A DNA stretch of 64,000 nucleotides from assembly GCA_963727505.1 (NCBI GenBank), contig CAVSGP010000004.1, positions 544,001 to 608,000 on the forward strand, in the 5' to 3' direction. The notes beneath the pieces were generated by a model. It made no database searches and was not told the origin of the DNA. It saw only the letters and a program-made list of their open reading frames with translations. The stretch comes from an uncultured Trueperaceae bacterium (GTDB taxonomy: Bacteria > Deinococcota > Deinococci > Deinococcales > Trueperaceae). Positions 30,617-40,983 of this stretch are shown here, piece by piece (within the stretch, counting starts at the first letter, position 1; every line of letters starts with the position of its first letter). The position numbers and the translations under genes are program-made.

Positions 30617-31603
30617 ATGATGAGACGGGTCGTATTGTTGTGCCTTGCGCTGGCGGCCTCGGCGTTGATGTTGTCGGCGTGCACCACCTCGAGCGGTGGT
30701 GGTGGTGCGACGAATGCCACATTCAACGGCGTGACCGCGCTCGACGCGACGGCCGGTACCGCCAGCCTCAGCGTCAGCGCCCTGGACGGCCAGGGGAACG
30801 TGGTAAGCACGGGCACGCTCTCGGACCCCGCCGCCACGGTGACGTCGGTGTCTGACAGCGGAGGGCCGGTCGCGACGTCGTACTCGGCCAACGCCACGAT
30901 CTGCGGGCAGATCACCGGCAGCAGCGGCGACATCACCGGGATCCTGACGCTCGACGCCACGGGCTCGATGTCCTCGAGCGACCCCACCATGCTGCGCGCA
31001 GATGCGGCCAAGGGGTTCGTCGCTCGCATGGCTTCGACCGATCGTGCCGCCGTCGCGTCGTTCGACACGAGCGTGACGCCCACTTCCGGATACCTGGCCA
31101 TCTACCTGCACCAGCCGCTCACGTCAGACAAGACCCAACTGGACACCGCCATCGACGCGGCAACGTACAACGGTGGCACCACCAACCTGTGGGACGCTGG
31201 CGTCGACAGCGCCAACTACCTCGCCGCGGTCACCGGCAGCAACAAGATGGCCCTGCTCCTCACCGACGGCGCGGACAACGCCTCCTCGAGCACGCCGGCG
31301 AACGTCGTCACGGCGGCCCAGGCAGCCGGCGTGAAGGTCTACACGGTGGGCCTGGGGAGCTACGTCGACTCGCAGGATCTGATCGACATCGCTTCGCAGA
31401 CGGGCGGGACCTACACCCAGGTGCAGGACGCCACCGACCTCAGCGCCCTGTTCAACAGCATCTTCAACGCCACCCAGGCGGCGGGCTGCATCCAGGTGCA
31501 GTTCAGCCCCGTTCCCGCGTCCGGCCACATCCTTCATGGTCAGCTGACCTTCAAGCTCGACGGCCAGCTGCTGACCGCCAACTACACCGTCGTCTTCCCG
31601 TAA
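30617..31603 (+). CDS. VWA-domain lipoprotein
   Basis: Lipobox LSAC; MIDAS-like 'LDATGSM', 'GGTTNLWD', 'LLTDG', 'VYTVGLG'. SD AGGAGG. Confidence 0.85.
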   Translation: MMRRVVLLCLALAASALMLSACTTSSGGGGATNATFNGVTALDATAGTASLSVSALDGQGNVVSTGTLSDPAATVTSVSDSGGPVATSYSANATICGQITGSSGDITGILTLDATGSMSSSDPTMLRADAAKGFVARMASTDRAAVASFDTSVTPTSGYLAIYLHQPLTSDKTQLDTAIDAATYNGGTTNLWDAGVDSANYLAAVTGSNKMALLLTDGADNASSSTPANVVTAAQAAGVKVYTVGLGSYVDSQDLIDIASQTGGTYTQVQDATDLSALFNSIFNATQAAGCIQVQFSPVPASGHILHGQLTFKLDGQLLTANYTVVFP

Positions 31604-31648
31604 CGCCTGTCTTCCGGTGGGCCGTGGCCTCGCGCCATGGCCCACCGG

Positions 31649-33487
31649 TCACATCTCCTGCGGAGCCTCGATCCCCAGGAGCCCCAGCGCCTCGGCCAGT
31701 GTGGACCGCACCCGGTCGACGAGCGCAAGGCGCGCTTCACGCTGGCCCGGCGCGGACTTGAGCACCTGCGTGTCCGGTCGACCGTCCGGGCCCTTGTGGT
31801 TGTAGTAGCCGTTCCAGGCGGTCGCTAGGTCGAGGGCATACTGCGCCAACAGGTGGGGCGCCAGGTCGCGCGCGGCGGCCTCCACCACTGCGGGGAAGCG
31901 GAGGATGGCCTGCGCCAGACGCACCTCGAGACTCCCGAGGACGGCGAAGTCGGCCTGCGTGCGCCCGATGCCCTCGGCCTCGGCCGCGCGCAGGATGCTG
32001 CAGGCCCGGGCATGGGCGTACTGAACGTAGGGGGCGCTGTCCCCTTGCAGGGAGAGCGCCTGCTCCCAGCGGAAGTCGATGACCTTGCGGGCCTCGCTCT
32101 TGAGCATCCCGAAGCGCAGCGCTCCCACTCCGACCTGGCGCGCCACCGTGTCGATGCTCGGCAGCTCCGGGTTCTTCTCCTCCACCACGGCCCGGGCGCG
32201 GCGCCGCGCTTCGGCCAGCACGTCGTCGATGGACAGGGTGACGCCCTTGCGGCCGCTCATGGGCTGGCCCTCCAGGGTCACGACCTCGTAGGCCAGGTGG
32301 TGGGAGTTCCGGTGGGCCCGCCGCCCCTCCTCGGTGTTCGACAGGGCCAGCGCGGTCCGGACCAGGGTCTGCGGGTGGCTCTGCCGAACGTCGATGACGT
32401 TGATGATCTCCTGCCCGTGGGCGAAGGTGTGGCCGTCGGGGTGCATCTCCCCGTCCGGCGCACTGGAGTAGAGCACCTTGCCGGACGGCTGGCGCTCGAA
32501 GTCGCGGAAGCGCAGCCCCTCGAAGATCCCCGCCTTCCAGAACTGGTACCCGATGTCCTTGGCGACGTACATGGCGTTGCCGTCGCTTCGCACCAGCACC
32601 ACGTGCGTCTCCTCGAGACCGGGCAGGAACTCCGACACGTCCATGACGAGCGCGCCCGCGAACTTGCCTTCGGTGGGGCGCGACACGTAGGGGCTGGCCT
32701 CGAGGACGTCGAGGCCGCGCCGCAGGAAGCCGCCGTGCACCACGTCGGACTCCCACACGAGCAGATCGTACTCGGCGCCGAGCGCGTGGAAGGTCTCGAG
32801 CTGCGCCGCCACGACGCGCTCGACCTCCGCGCGAAGCTCGCCGCGCTCGAGACGATGCATGACCTCCGAGACGCCCGCATCGATGCGTTCGCCGTCGCTC
32901 TCCTTGGCCTCGCCGAGGCGGACGTAGAGCTCGCCGAGCCAATGGTCGTACTTGCGTTCGCCGTCGTAGCGCTCCCCGAAGTACTCGGTCGCGAACAGGC
33001 TCTCGGCCGCCTGCCGTCCGGTGTCGTCGATGTAGTTCTGTACCTCGACGTCGTTCCCGGCCGCCTGCAGGATGCGGGCGCAGGCGTCGCCGAGCACGAT
33101 GTTGCGCAGGTGCCCGACGTGCGCCTCCTTGTTGGGGTTGACCGACGTGTGCTCGAGGACGACCTTGAGACCGGCTCCCGCCGGGGGCGGTGGCGCCTGC
33201 ACGACCTGGGCGACGAAGTCGCCTGGCACGAGGTGGAAGTTGATGTAGGGGCCGACGGCGTCGGCGCGCGCAACGCCGATGGGCAACGCGAGCGCGGCGA
33301 TGATGTCCTGCGCGATAGTAACGGGGTTGCGCCGCAGACGGCGCGCGAGCGTGAAGGCGACGGGGGTGCCATAGTCGCCGGGCTTGTCGGCGGGCACCTC
33401 CTGGATCGCGACCTCGGCGTCCTCCACCTCGAGGCTCGCAAGCGCGGCCTGGACGGCCTCTCGTAGGGCTTGGGTGACGTCGGCCAT
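31649..33487 (-). CDS. argS: Arginine--tRNA ligase
   Basis: 'EHTSVNPNKEAHVGHLRN' (HIGH-like), 'MSGRKG', 'GDSAPYVQYAHARACSIL'. Confidence 0.95.
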   Translation of the reverse strand: MADVTQALREAVQAALASLEVEDAEVAIQEVPADKPGDYGTPVAFTLARRLRRNPVTIAQDIIAALALPIGVARADAVGPYINFHLVPGDFVAQVVQAPPPPAGAGLKVVLEHTSVNPNKEAHVGHLRNIVLGDACARILQAAGNDVEVQNYIDDTGRQAAESLFATEYFGERYDGERKYDHWLGELYVRLGEAKESDGERIDAGVSEVMHRLERGELRAEVERVVAAQLETFHALGAEYDLLVWESDVVHGGFLRRGLDVLEASPYVSRPTEGKFAGALVMDVSEFLPGLEETHVVLVRSDGNAMYVAKDIGYQFWKAGIFEGLRFRDFERQPSGKVLYSSAPDGEMHPDGHTFAHGQEIINVIDVRQSHPQTLVRTALALSNTEEGRRAHRNSHHLAYEVVTLEGQPMSGRKGVTLSIDDVLAEARRRARAVVEEKNPELPSIDTVARQVGVGALRFGMLKSEARKVIDFRWEQALSLQGDSAPYVQYAHARACSILRAAEAEGIGRTQADFAVLGSLEVRLAQAILRFPAVVEAAARDLAPHLLAQYALDLATAWNGYYNHKGPDGRPDTQVLKSAPGQREARLALVDRVRSTLAEALGLLGIEAPQEM

Positions 33488-33707
33488 GGCGCGCTCACGC
33501 TACCACAAGGCCCTCACGCGCCCTCGCTGCCCGGCGTAGGCGCGCGTTCGGCAACGCATGCGCGGCAGCGGGGCGGGCAGTTTATACTGTTGGGACTGGC
33601 CCGACGTCTCTTTCGCCGGGATCCGCCCCGCGGGCGGGATCGCGAGCATCGTCGGCGCGCCGGAGAAGGTAAGCCACCTTCCAGCTGAGCCGCACAACTG
33701 CAGTAAA

Positions 33708-33728
33708 CTTGACAAGTGTTGACTCAGG
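33708..33728 (+). promoter_or_regulatory. HAIR-like (HspR) operator upstream of lon
   Basis: CTTGACA-N7-ACTCAGG versus consensus CTTGAGT-N7-ACTCAAG (3 mismatches). Confidence 0.55.
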
Positions 33729-33825
33729 TTTCGACGTTCATTCGGTGCGCGGTCCACAGGCCCGCACGCGGTCACGTTCACCCTCGTCCCCAGCGCCCCG
33801 CGCTTCGCGCAGGCTAGGAGAGCCC

Positions 33826-36291
33826 ATGGCAGAGACTCCCACCCCCACCGACTTCAGCGCTCCGATCCCGGTGTGCCCGGTGCGCGGCAGCGTGCTCTAC
33901 CCCACCATGGTCATGCCGATCGACGCCGGGCGAGGCATCTCCATTCGCGCCATCAACGCCGCGCTCGACCGCGACCGCACGATCGTCATCGCCAGCCAGC
34001 GCGACCGCGACGTGGAGGAGCCCAAGCCCGAGGATCTCTACGAGGTCGGCACCGCCTGCAACATCATGCGCATGAAGAAGAATCCCGACGGCAGCATCCA
34101 GATGCTGGTGCGGGCCTTCGCGCGCGTGCACATCGATCGCTACCATGGCTCAACCGGCCTCATCGAGGCCGATGTGAGCCCCATCGAGGTCCCCGAGGGC
34201 AACGACGTGATGGTCCAGGCGACCTTCCGCGAGCTCAAGGAGAAGTTCGCCGATCTGGTCGAGAACGGTAGCCGGCAGGTCCAACACGAGGTCGCCCAGT
34301 TCGTCATGAACCTCGAGGACGCCGGCCAGTTCGCCGACTACGTCGCCTACCACCTCGATTTCAAGCTGCCCGACAAGCAGAGCGTGCTCGAGGCGACCAC
34401 GGTCGAGGAGCGCCTGCGCAAGGTGTTGCTGCTGATCGACACCGAGCTCGAGCTCCAGGAGACCCAGCGCCGTCTGCAACGCGAGGTCAAGGAGGAGATC
34501 GACCGCAACCAGCGCGAGTTCTTCCTCCGCGAGCAGATCAAGGCGCTGCAGAAGGAACTCTCCGGCAACGACGAGGACGAGGACGAGGTCGAAGCCTTCC
34601 GCGAGAAGCTCGAGGCGCTCGAGCTGCCCGAGGTCGTGATGAAGGAGGCGCAACGCGAGCTCAACCGGCTGTCGCGCATGCACCCCGACTCCGCCGAGGC
34701 CTCGGTCATCCGCACCTACCTCACGACCCTCACCGAGCTGCCGTGGAACAAGCGCAGCGAGGACCGGCTCGACATCGGCAAGGCCGGCAAGATCCTGGAA
34801 GAGGACCACTACGGCCTGGAGAAGGTCAAGGACCGCGTGATCGAGTACCTGGCGGTGCGCAAGCTCAAGGAGGAGCGCGCGCAGAAGGGCGAGCTCGACG
34901 CTTTCGAGGTCAACAAGGGACCGATCCTCCTGTTCGTGGGGCCGCCCGGCGTCGGCAAGACCAGCATCGCCAAGTCGATCGGCAAGGCGCTCGGGCGCGA
35001 GTACGTGCGCATCTCGCTGGGTGGTGCGCGCGACGAGTCGGACATCCGCGGGCACCGGCGCACCTACATCGGTTCGATGCCGGGCCGCATCATCCAGGGC
35101 ATCCGCCAGGCCGGCACCAAGAACCCGGTGTTCCTGCTCGACGAGGTCGACAAGCTGGGCGCCTCCTACCAGGGCGACCCCTCGTCTGCCCTGCTCGAAG
35201 TGCTCGACCCGGCGCAGAACAACAGTTTCGTCGACCACTACCTCGGCGTCCCGTTCGACCTCTCCGAGGTCCTCTTCATCGCCACGGCCAACTACGCCCA
35301 GCAGATCCCCGAGGCGCTGGCCGATCGCATGGAGATGATCGAGTTCTCCAGCTACATCGAGCAGGAGAAGATGGAGATCGCCAAGCGCTACCTCCTGCCC
35401 CGACAGATCACCGAGAACGGGTTGAAGGCCAACCAGCTCAGCATGTCCGACGGCGCGCTGTCGAGCGTCATTACCTCCTACACGCGCGAAGCGGGTGTGC
35501 GCAATCTCGAGCGCATCATCGGAACGCTCTGCCGCAAGGCCGCCAGGCGCATCGCCGAAGGCGACGCCAAGCGGGTGCGCATCACCGAGCGCAGCCTGGA
35601 AGGGTACCTGGGCGCTCACCGATTCACCCCCGAGTCGGAAGCCGAGGACAACCTCGTCGGTGTCGCGACCGGCATGTACTACACCCCAGTGGGCGGGGAC
35701 ATCCTGTTCGTCGAGACCTCCATCACGCCCGGCAAGGGCGGGCTGGTCCTGACCGGGCAGCTCGGCGACGTCATGAAGGAGTCCGCCCGGGCCGCCCTGA
35801 CCTACGCCAAGTCGAACGCCGAGCGCTTCGGTATCCCGAAGGGGACGCTGGACGAGAGCGAGATCCATATCCACGTGCCGGCGGGCTCGACGCCCAAGGA
35901 AGGGCCCAGCGCGGGCGTGGCCCTCGCCACCTCGTTGATCAGCGCGCTCACGGGCACGCCGGTTCGCAAGGACGTCGCGATGACGGGCGAGATCACGCTG
36001 CGGGGCCGCGTGCTGCCCATCGGCGGCCTGAAGGAGAAGATCCTGGGTGCCAAGCGGGCGGGGATCAAGCACATCCTGTTCCCCGAGAAGAACAGCGCAG
36101 ACATGAAGGACATCGCCACCCACCTCACCAAGAGTCTGCAGCTCCACGAGGTCACCGATCTGGACGGGGTGCTCGAGGTGGCGCTGGTCGGTGGGCTCAA
36201 GGCGCTCGAGCAACGCAAGGCCAGCGGTGGTGGCGGCAAGCGCAGTCGCCGCAGGAGCGGCAAGGCAGGCGAGGCGGGCGTCCAGGCCTGA
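33826..36291 (+). CDS. lon: ATP-dependent Lon protease
   Basis: LON N domain, Walker A 'GPPGVGKT', 'LLDEVDK', catalytic 'PKEGPSAG'. Confidence 0.96.
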   Translation: MAETPTPTDFSAPIPVCPVRGSVLYPTMVMPIDAGRGISIRAINAALDRDRTIVIASQRDRDVEEPKPEDLYEVGTACNIMRMKKNPDGSIQMLVRAFARVHIDRYHGSTGLIEADVSPIEVPEGNDVMVQATFRELKEKFADLVENGSRQVQHEVAQFVMNLEDAGQFADYVAYHLDFKLPDKQSVLEATTVEERLRKVLLLIDTELELQETQRRLQREVKEEIDRNQREFFLREQIKALQKELSGNDEDEDEVEAFREKLEALELPEVVMKEAQRELNRLSRMHPDSAEASVIRTYLTTLTELPWNKRSEDRLDIGKAGKILEEDHYGLEKVKDRVIEYLAVRKLKEERAQKGELDAFEVNKGPILLFVGPPGVGKTSIAKSIGKALGREYVRISLGGARDESDIRGHRRTYIGSMPGRIIQGIRQAGTKNPVFLLDEVDKLGASYQGDPSSALLEVLDPAQNNSFVDHYLGVPFDLSEVLFIATANYAQQIPEALADRMEMIEFSSYIEQEKMEIAKRYLLPRQITENGLKANQLSMSDGALSSVITSYTREAGVRNLERIIGTLCRKAARRIAEGDAKRVRITERSLEGYLGAHRFTPESEAEDNLVGVATGMYYTPVGGDILFVETSITPGKGGLVLTGQLGDVMKESARAALTYAKSNAERFGIPKGTLDESEIHIHVPAGSTPKEGPSAGVALATSLISALTGTPVRKDVAMTGEITLRGRVLPIGGLKEKILGAKRAGIKHILFPEKNSADMKDIATHLTKSLQLHEVTDLDGVLEVALVGGLKALEQRKASGGGGKRSRRRSGKAGEAGVQA

Positions 36292-36318
36292 GGCCGCCGC
36301 CTGCCATCGATCGGAAGC

Positions 36319-36349
36319 GAGGGGCCGGGCCGCGAAGGTCCGGCCCCTC
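36319..36349 (+). terminator. Hairpin after lon
   Basis: GAGGGGCCGGGCC-gcgaa-GGTCCGGCCCCTC. Confidence 0.6.
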
Positions 36350-36402
36350 CCCGTGCCCGCTCCCGGTCCCGGGAACGCACGACGGCTGCGGTATCCTGGC
36401 GC

Positions 36403-37179
36403 ATGTCATCGCCGAACGCCCACATCCGACCCCTCATCGCTGGCAACTGGAAGATGCACAAGCTGCCCAGCGAGGCCACTGCCTGGCTGCGCGCCTTCCT
36501 CCAGGGCCTCGACGCCACCGACCACGACCACTGCGACCTCCTGCTCAGCGTTCCCTTCACGCACCTCGCGCCGATGGCGGCGCTGGCCCGCGGCACCAAC
36601 GTGGCGCTGGGCGCGCAGGACGTCAGCGCACACGAGCAGGGCGCCTACACCGGAGAGGTCTCGGCGGCCATGCTCCGCGATGCGGGCGCGCGTTACGTGG
36701 TCGTCGGCCACTCCGAGCGCCGCGCCTACCACGGCGAGGACGACGCGCTGATCCACGAGAAGCTGACGCGCGCGCTCGAGGCCGGACTGGTGCCCATCCT
36801 GTGTGTCGGTGAGCGCGAGGAGGAGCGCGTCGCGGGACGGGCACGCGACGTCGTCCTGGGGCAGCTCGAGGGCGACCTGGAGGGCATCGAACTGACGGGG
36901 CCCGATGCCCTGGTCATCGCCTACGAGCCGGTCTGGGCCATCGGCACAGGCCGCACCGCCACCGCCGACGACGCGCAGGAGATGGGGGCTGCCCTGCGCG
37001 AGGCCGTCGTGAAGCGCTACGGCGACACCGGACAGGCGCTGCGGCTCCTCTACGGCGGCAGCATGAAGCCCGCCAACGCGGCCGAGCTGCTCGCGATGGG
37101 CGACGTGAACGGCGGCCTCATCGGCGGCGCCAGCCTCGACACCGACCAGCTCCTGGCCATCGTGGAGGCGGCACGGTGA
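36403..37179 (+). CDS. tpiA: Triosephosphate isomerase
   Basis: 'AGNWKM', 'GHSERR', 'AYEPVWAIGTG', 'YGGS', 'GGASL'. Confidence 0.97.
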   Translation: MSSPNAHIRPLIAGNWKMHKLPSEATAWLRAFLQGLDATDHDHCDLLLSVPFTHLAPMAALARGTNVALGAQDVSAHEQGAYTGEVSAAMLRDAGARYVVVGHSERRAYHGEDDALIHEKLTRALEAGLVPILCVGEREEERVAGRARDVVLGQLEGDLEGIELTGPDALVIAYEPVWAIGTGRTATADDAQEMGAALREAVVKRYGDTGQALRLLYGGSMKPANAAELLAMGDVNGGLIGGASLDTDQLLAIVEAAR

Positions 37180-38225
37180 GCCTGTTGCAGGACGTGCGGG
37201 GCAAGCTGACGGGCATCGGCGCCCGTGCCCTGCTGGTGACGGCGCCGGCCAACGTGCGCTATCTCTCCGGGTTCACCAGCCCCGAGGACGGCGTGGTCGT
37301 GGTCACCGGCGAACGAGCCGCCCTGCTCACCGACGGCCGCTACACCGCCCAGGCGGCCGAGGAGTCCCGGCTCGAGGTCGTCATCACCCCGAACTGGGAG
37401 GAACACCTTTCCGAGATGGTGGGCGATCGGCGCCTCGCCGTCGAGAGTGAATACCTCAGCCTGCAGCGGTTCCGGCGCATCGCCGAGCGTCTGGGGGCCG
37501 AACCCGTGGCGACCGAGGCGTTCCTGGCGTCGTTCCGGCTCATCAAGAACGCGCAGGAGATCGCCAAGCTGCGGGAAGCGGCGCGCATCACCGACGAGGC
37601 CTTCGAGAAGGTCGTGCCGATGCTACGGCCGGGGGTGCGCGAGATCGAGGTCGCCCTCGAGCTCGAGCGCCACATGCGCCTGGCCGGCTCCGGTGGGCCG
37701 GGCTTCCACATCATCGTGGCGAGCGGCCTGCGCAGCGCGATGCCGCACGGCGTCGCCTCGACCAAGACGATCGAGGCCGGCGACCTGGTCACGCTCGATT
37801 TCGGCGCCGTGTACGAGGGCTACCACGCCGACATGACGCGGGCAGTGGCGGTCGGCGACATCGACCCCGAGCTCCGCCGCCTCTTCGACGCCGTGCTTGA
37901 AGCGCAGGAGGCGGCCCTGGCGACCGTGGCGCCGGGGCGCTCGGGCCGCGAGCTCGACGCGGTCGCGCGCGATCTGCTGGCCGGCCACGACCTCGCCGAC
38001 GCCTTCGCGCATTCGCTGGGCCACGGCACCGGGCTCGAGATCCACGAGGGCCCGCGGCTGTCCACCCGCTCCGACGACCTGCTCGCCCCGGGCATGTCGG
38101 TGACCATCGAGCCCGGGGCCTACCTGCCGGGCTTCGGCGGGGTCCGCATCGAGGACCTCGCCATCGTCACGGAGGACGGCCACGAGCTGCTGTCCAAGAG
38201 CCCGAAGTCGTTCCGGCAGGTGTGA
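37176..38225 (+). CDS. Xaa-Pro aminopeptidase/prolidase (M24 family)
   Basis: 'DFGA...YHADMTR', 'HSLGHGTGLEIHE', 'TIEPG', 'GVRIED'. Confidence 0.92.
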   Translation: MSLLQDVRGKLTGIGARALLVTAPANVRYLSGFTSPEDGVVVVTGERAALLTDGRYTAQAAEESRLEVVITPNWEEHLSEMVGDRRLAVESEYLSLQRFRRIAERLGAEPVATEAFLASFRLIKNAQEIAKLREAARITDEAFEKVVPMLRPGVREIEVALELERHMRLAGSGGPGFHIIVASGLRSAMPHGVASTKTIEAGDLVTLDFGAVYEGYHADMTRAVAVGDIDPELRRLFDAVLEAQEAALATVAPGRSGRELDAVARDLLAGHDLADAFAHSLGHGTGLEIHEGPRLSTRSDDLLAPGMSVTIEPGAYLPGFGGVRIEDLAIVTEDGHELLSKSPKSFRQV

Positions 38226-38255
38226 AGGAGGCACGCGCGTGTGCGGCACCGGGGT

Positions 38256-39665
38256 TCAGCCGAGGGTGTCGATCCAGGCGCGCGCCGCGTCGAGCAGAGC
38301 CCTCACGTCCTCGGGCGTGGGGGCCTCACAATAGATGCGGAGCACCGGTTCGGTGCCGCTCGGCCGATAGAGCAACCAGGCGTCGTCCGACAGGTTGAGC
38401 TTGACGCCGTCGAGCCGTTCTACCGAGGTGACCTCGCGCGCGCCCACGCGCGCAGGCGGGTCGCGCAGCTCCGCCAGCACCCGCTCCTTGAGCGCATTGC
38501 CTGAAAGGTGGAGGTCCAGCCGGTCGTAGGCGTGGCGCCAACCGGCCTCGCGCTCGATGCCCGCGAAGCGCTCGGGCAGCGATTGCCCGCTGCGCACCAC
38601 GCTCTGCACCAGCAGCAGCGTGTTGACGATGCCGTCGCGTTCGGGGATATGCCCCGCCACGCCGATGCCGCCGGACTCCTCGCCGCCGATCAACACGTCT
38701 TGCGACAGCATGGCATCGACGATGTACTTGAAGCCGACCGGGGTCTCCACCACGGTGCGGCCCCGCTTGGACGCAAGGCGCTCGATGACGCGCGACACCG
38801 TGAAGGTCTTCACCACCGTGCCCGCGCGCCCGTCGTGGGCGAGCTCGTCGAGTAGCACCGCGAAGATCTGGTGGGCGTCGAAGAACGCCCCGCCGGGAAG
38901 GACCACGCCGAGCCGGTCGCCGTCCCCGTCGGTGGCCGCGGCGAACCAGGCATCGGCCCCTAGCATGCGCTCGCGCGTGTCGGCGAGGTTGACGGCGATC
39001 GGCTCTGGATTCACGCCGTAGAACAGCGGGTGCGGCTCCCCGTGCACAGGTTCGATCTGGAGCGCCAGTCCCCGCGAAGACGCGAAGCCGGTGAGCCATC
39101 CGCAAGCGGCGCCACCCATGGCATCGTGCAGGATGCGTCCCTCCGCCCGGGACAGCACGTCCATGTCGAGCACGCCGTCGAGGGCCCCGTAGTAGGCCTC
39201 CCGCACATCGAAGCGCTCGATCCCCTTCGGGTCGGCGTCGCCTGCCAGTCTGGCCGTTCCCACACGCCGCGCCACGTCGCGGTAGATCTCGTCCGTGGCG
39301 GTCCCGCCGTACGGACCCTTGAGCTTGAACCCGTGGTAGCGCGGCGGGTTGTGCGACGCCGTCAGCATCACGCCGCCGCCCGCGCGATAGTGCGCCACGG
39401 CGTACGAGAGCGCCGGCGTGGGCAGGTATCCGTCGGAGATCAGCACCTCGAGCCCATGGCCGGCCAGCTCGCGGGCAGCCTCGAGCGCGAACAGTTCGCC
39501 TCCGAAACGGGTGTCGTGACCCACCACCACGCGGCGGGCGTCACGTTCGAGGAGATGCTCGGCGTACGCAGCCGCCGCACGGCGCACGTTGGCCACCGTG
39601 AACCGGTCGGCGATGACGTCACGCCAACCGTCGGTCCCGAAGACCAGGGATGGGAATGGGTCCAC
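38256..39665 (-). CDS. Phosphoglucomutase/phosphomannomutase family protein
   Basis: 'FGTDGWR', 'TASHNP', 'DGDGDR', 'GGEESGG', 'RPSGTEP'. Confidence 0.93.
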   Translation of the reverse strand: MDPFPSLVFGTDGWRDVIADRFTVANVRRAAAAYAEHLLERDARRVVVGHDTRFGGELFALEAARELAGHGLEVLISDGYLPTPALSYAVAHYRAGGGVMLTASHNPPRYHGFKLKGPYGGTATDEIYRDVARRVGTARLAGDADPKGIERFDVREAYYGALDGVLDMDVLSRAEGRILHDAMGGAACGWLTGFASSRGLALQIEPVHGEPHPLFYGVNPEPIAVNLADTRERMLGADAWFAAATDGDGDRLGVVLPGGAFFDAHQIFAVLLDELAHDGRAGTVVKTFTVSRVIERLASKRGRTVVETPVGFKYIVDAMLSQDVLIGGEESGGIGVAGHIPERDGIVNTLLLVQSVVRSGQSLPERFAGIEREAGWRHAYDRLDLHLSGNALKERVLAELRDPPARVGAREVTSVERLDGVKLNLSDDAWLLYRPSGTEPVLRIYCEAPTPEDVRALLDAARAWIDTLG

Positions 39666-39822
39666 CTCGTCTCCTCTCCCCCTCGAGCAACGGGCGGCGC
39701 CGCGGCCGGGAACCGCCCGCCGCCACGGCAAGGCGCGTCCGAATCTACCACGGACCCCGTCCGGCACGCTGTGCCGGCCTCCTGGCCGAGCGCGCATCGT
39801 CCATGCCGGGCTAGACTGGCAC

Positions 39823-40593
39823 ATGCCCGTGGTCGTCAAGTACGGCGGAAACGCCATGACCGACGACGCCACCCGCCTGACGGTGGCCTCGGAGATCCGC
39901 GCGCTGTTCGAGGCCGGGGAGGATCCAGTGGTCGTGCACGGCGGCGGCCCCTTCATCAACGCTGCGCTCGACGAGACCGGACTGGAGCACCGCTTCGTAC
40001 GGGGATTGCGCGTCACCACACCCGAGAGCCTCGCGGTGGTCGAACGGGTGCTCACGCTGCTGGGCAAGCGGCTGGCGCAGGACGTCGGCCCCGCCCTCGG
40101 CCTGAGCGGGCGGGACGCCACGCTGCTGCGCGCCGAGCTACTCGATCCGGCGCTGGGACGCGTCGGCCGGGTCACCGGCGTCAACCGGGGCGCGCTCCGG
40201 GCGCTCCTGGCGGCACGCTTCGTGCCGGTGCTGGCCTGCCTGGCGCTCGACCCCGACGGTGCTCCGCTCAACGTCAACGCCGACGAGGTCGCCGGCGCCG
40301 TCGCCGGCGCGCTCGGCGCCGGTTGCGTCTTCCTCACCAACGTGCCCGGCGTGCTGGACGACGCCGCGCGCCCCGAGAGTCTGCTTGCAACCCTGACGCG
40401 CCGGGACGTCCAGGCTCGCGTCGAGGACGGCCGCATCGACGGCGGCATGATCCCGAAGGTCGAGGCGGCCCTGCGCGCCATCGACCTCGGCGCCCCCTAC
40501 GCTGTCATCGCCGACGGGCGGAGCGCAGAAGGCGCCCGCCGTGGGCTGCGCCGACGGGGCGGCACGCGCGTGCTCGGCGACGACGGCGGATGA
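39823..40593 (+). CDS. argB: Acetylglutamate kinase
   Basis: 'VVKYGGNAM', 'VHGGGP', 'GLRVT', 'NVNAD', 'GGMIPK'. Confidence 0.93.
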   Translation: MPVVVKYGGNAMTDDATRLTVASEIRALFEAGEDPVVVHGGGPFINAALDETGLEHRFVRGLRVTTPESLAVVERVLTLLGKRLAQDVGPALGLSGRDATLLRAELLDPALGRVGRVTGVNRGALRALLAARFVPVLACLALDPDGAPLNVNADEVAGAVAGALGAGCVFLTNVPGVLDDAARPESLLATLTRRDVQARVEDGRIDGGMIPKVEAALRAIDLGAPYAVIADGRSAEGARRGLRRRGGTRVLGDDGG

Positions 40594-40661
40594 CGACGAT
40601 TGAGAATGTCGTAAGTGAGCCGCTGCTAGACTCCCCTCGATCCAAGGCGAGAGGAGCCCGC

Positions 40662-40862
40662 ATGCTCGAACGACTCTCCAAGCTCCCCAATCAGGCGCTC
40701 CATTGCGAGGCACGCAGGCTCGAGCGCAGGCTCATCGAAGGCGTCGCCGACGGCCCCGAGATCGATGCTTACGTCGCCTTCGAGAGCGAGCTGGGTCGGC
40801 GCTGGCTGCTGGCGATCGAACTTCCCGACGCCCTGGACGGGCTTCTCGACCCGCGCGACTGA
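40662..40862 (+). CDS. Small hypothetical protein (66 aa)
   Basis: SD GAGGAG before ATG, upstream TAGACT, host-like codon usage. Confidence 0.55.
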   Translation: MLERLSKLPNQALHCEARRLERRLIEGVADGPEIDAYVAFESELGRRWLLAIELPDALDGLLDPRD

Positions 40863-40983
40863 GTTGTGCGTCGGAGGTCGAGCCGCGCTTCGCGCGTCAT
40901 GTTCGACCAGCAAGCAACTTCACCCTCTCCCGAGATGAATTCTTTCCACTCGCGGTCGCGCCGGTTCTGGTAACCTAGCCGAG

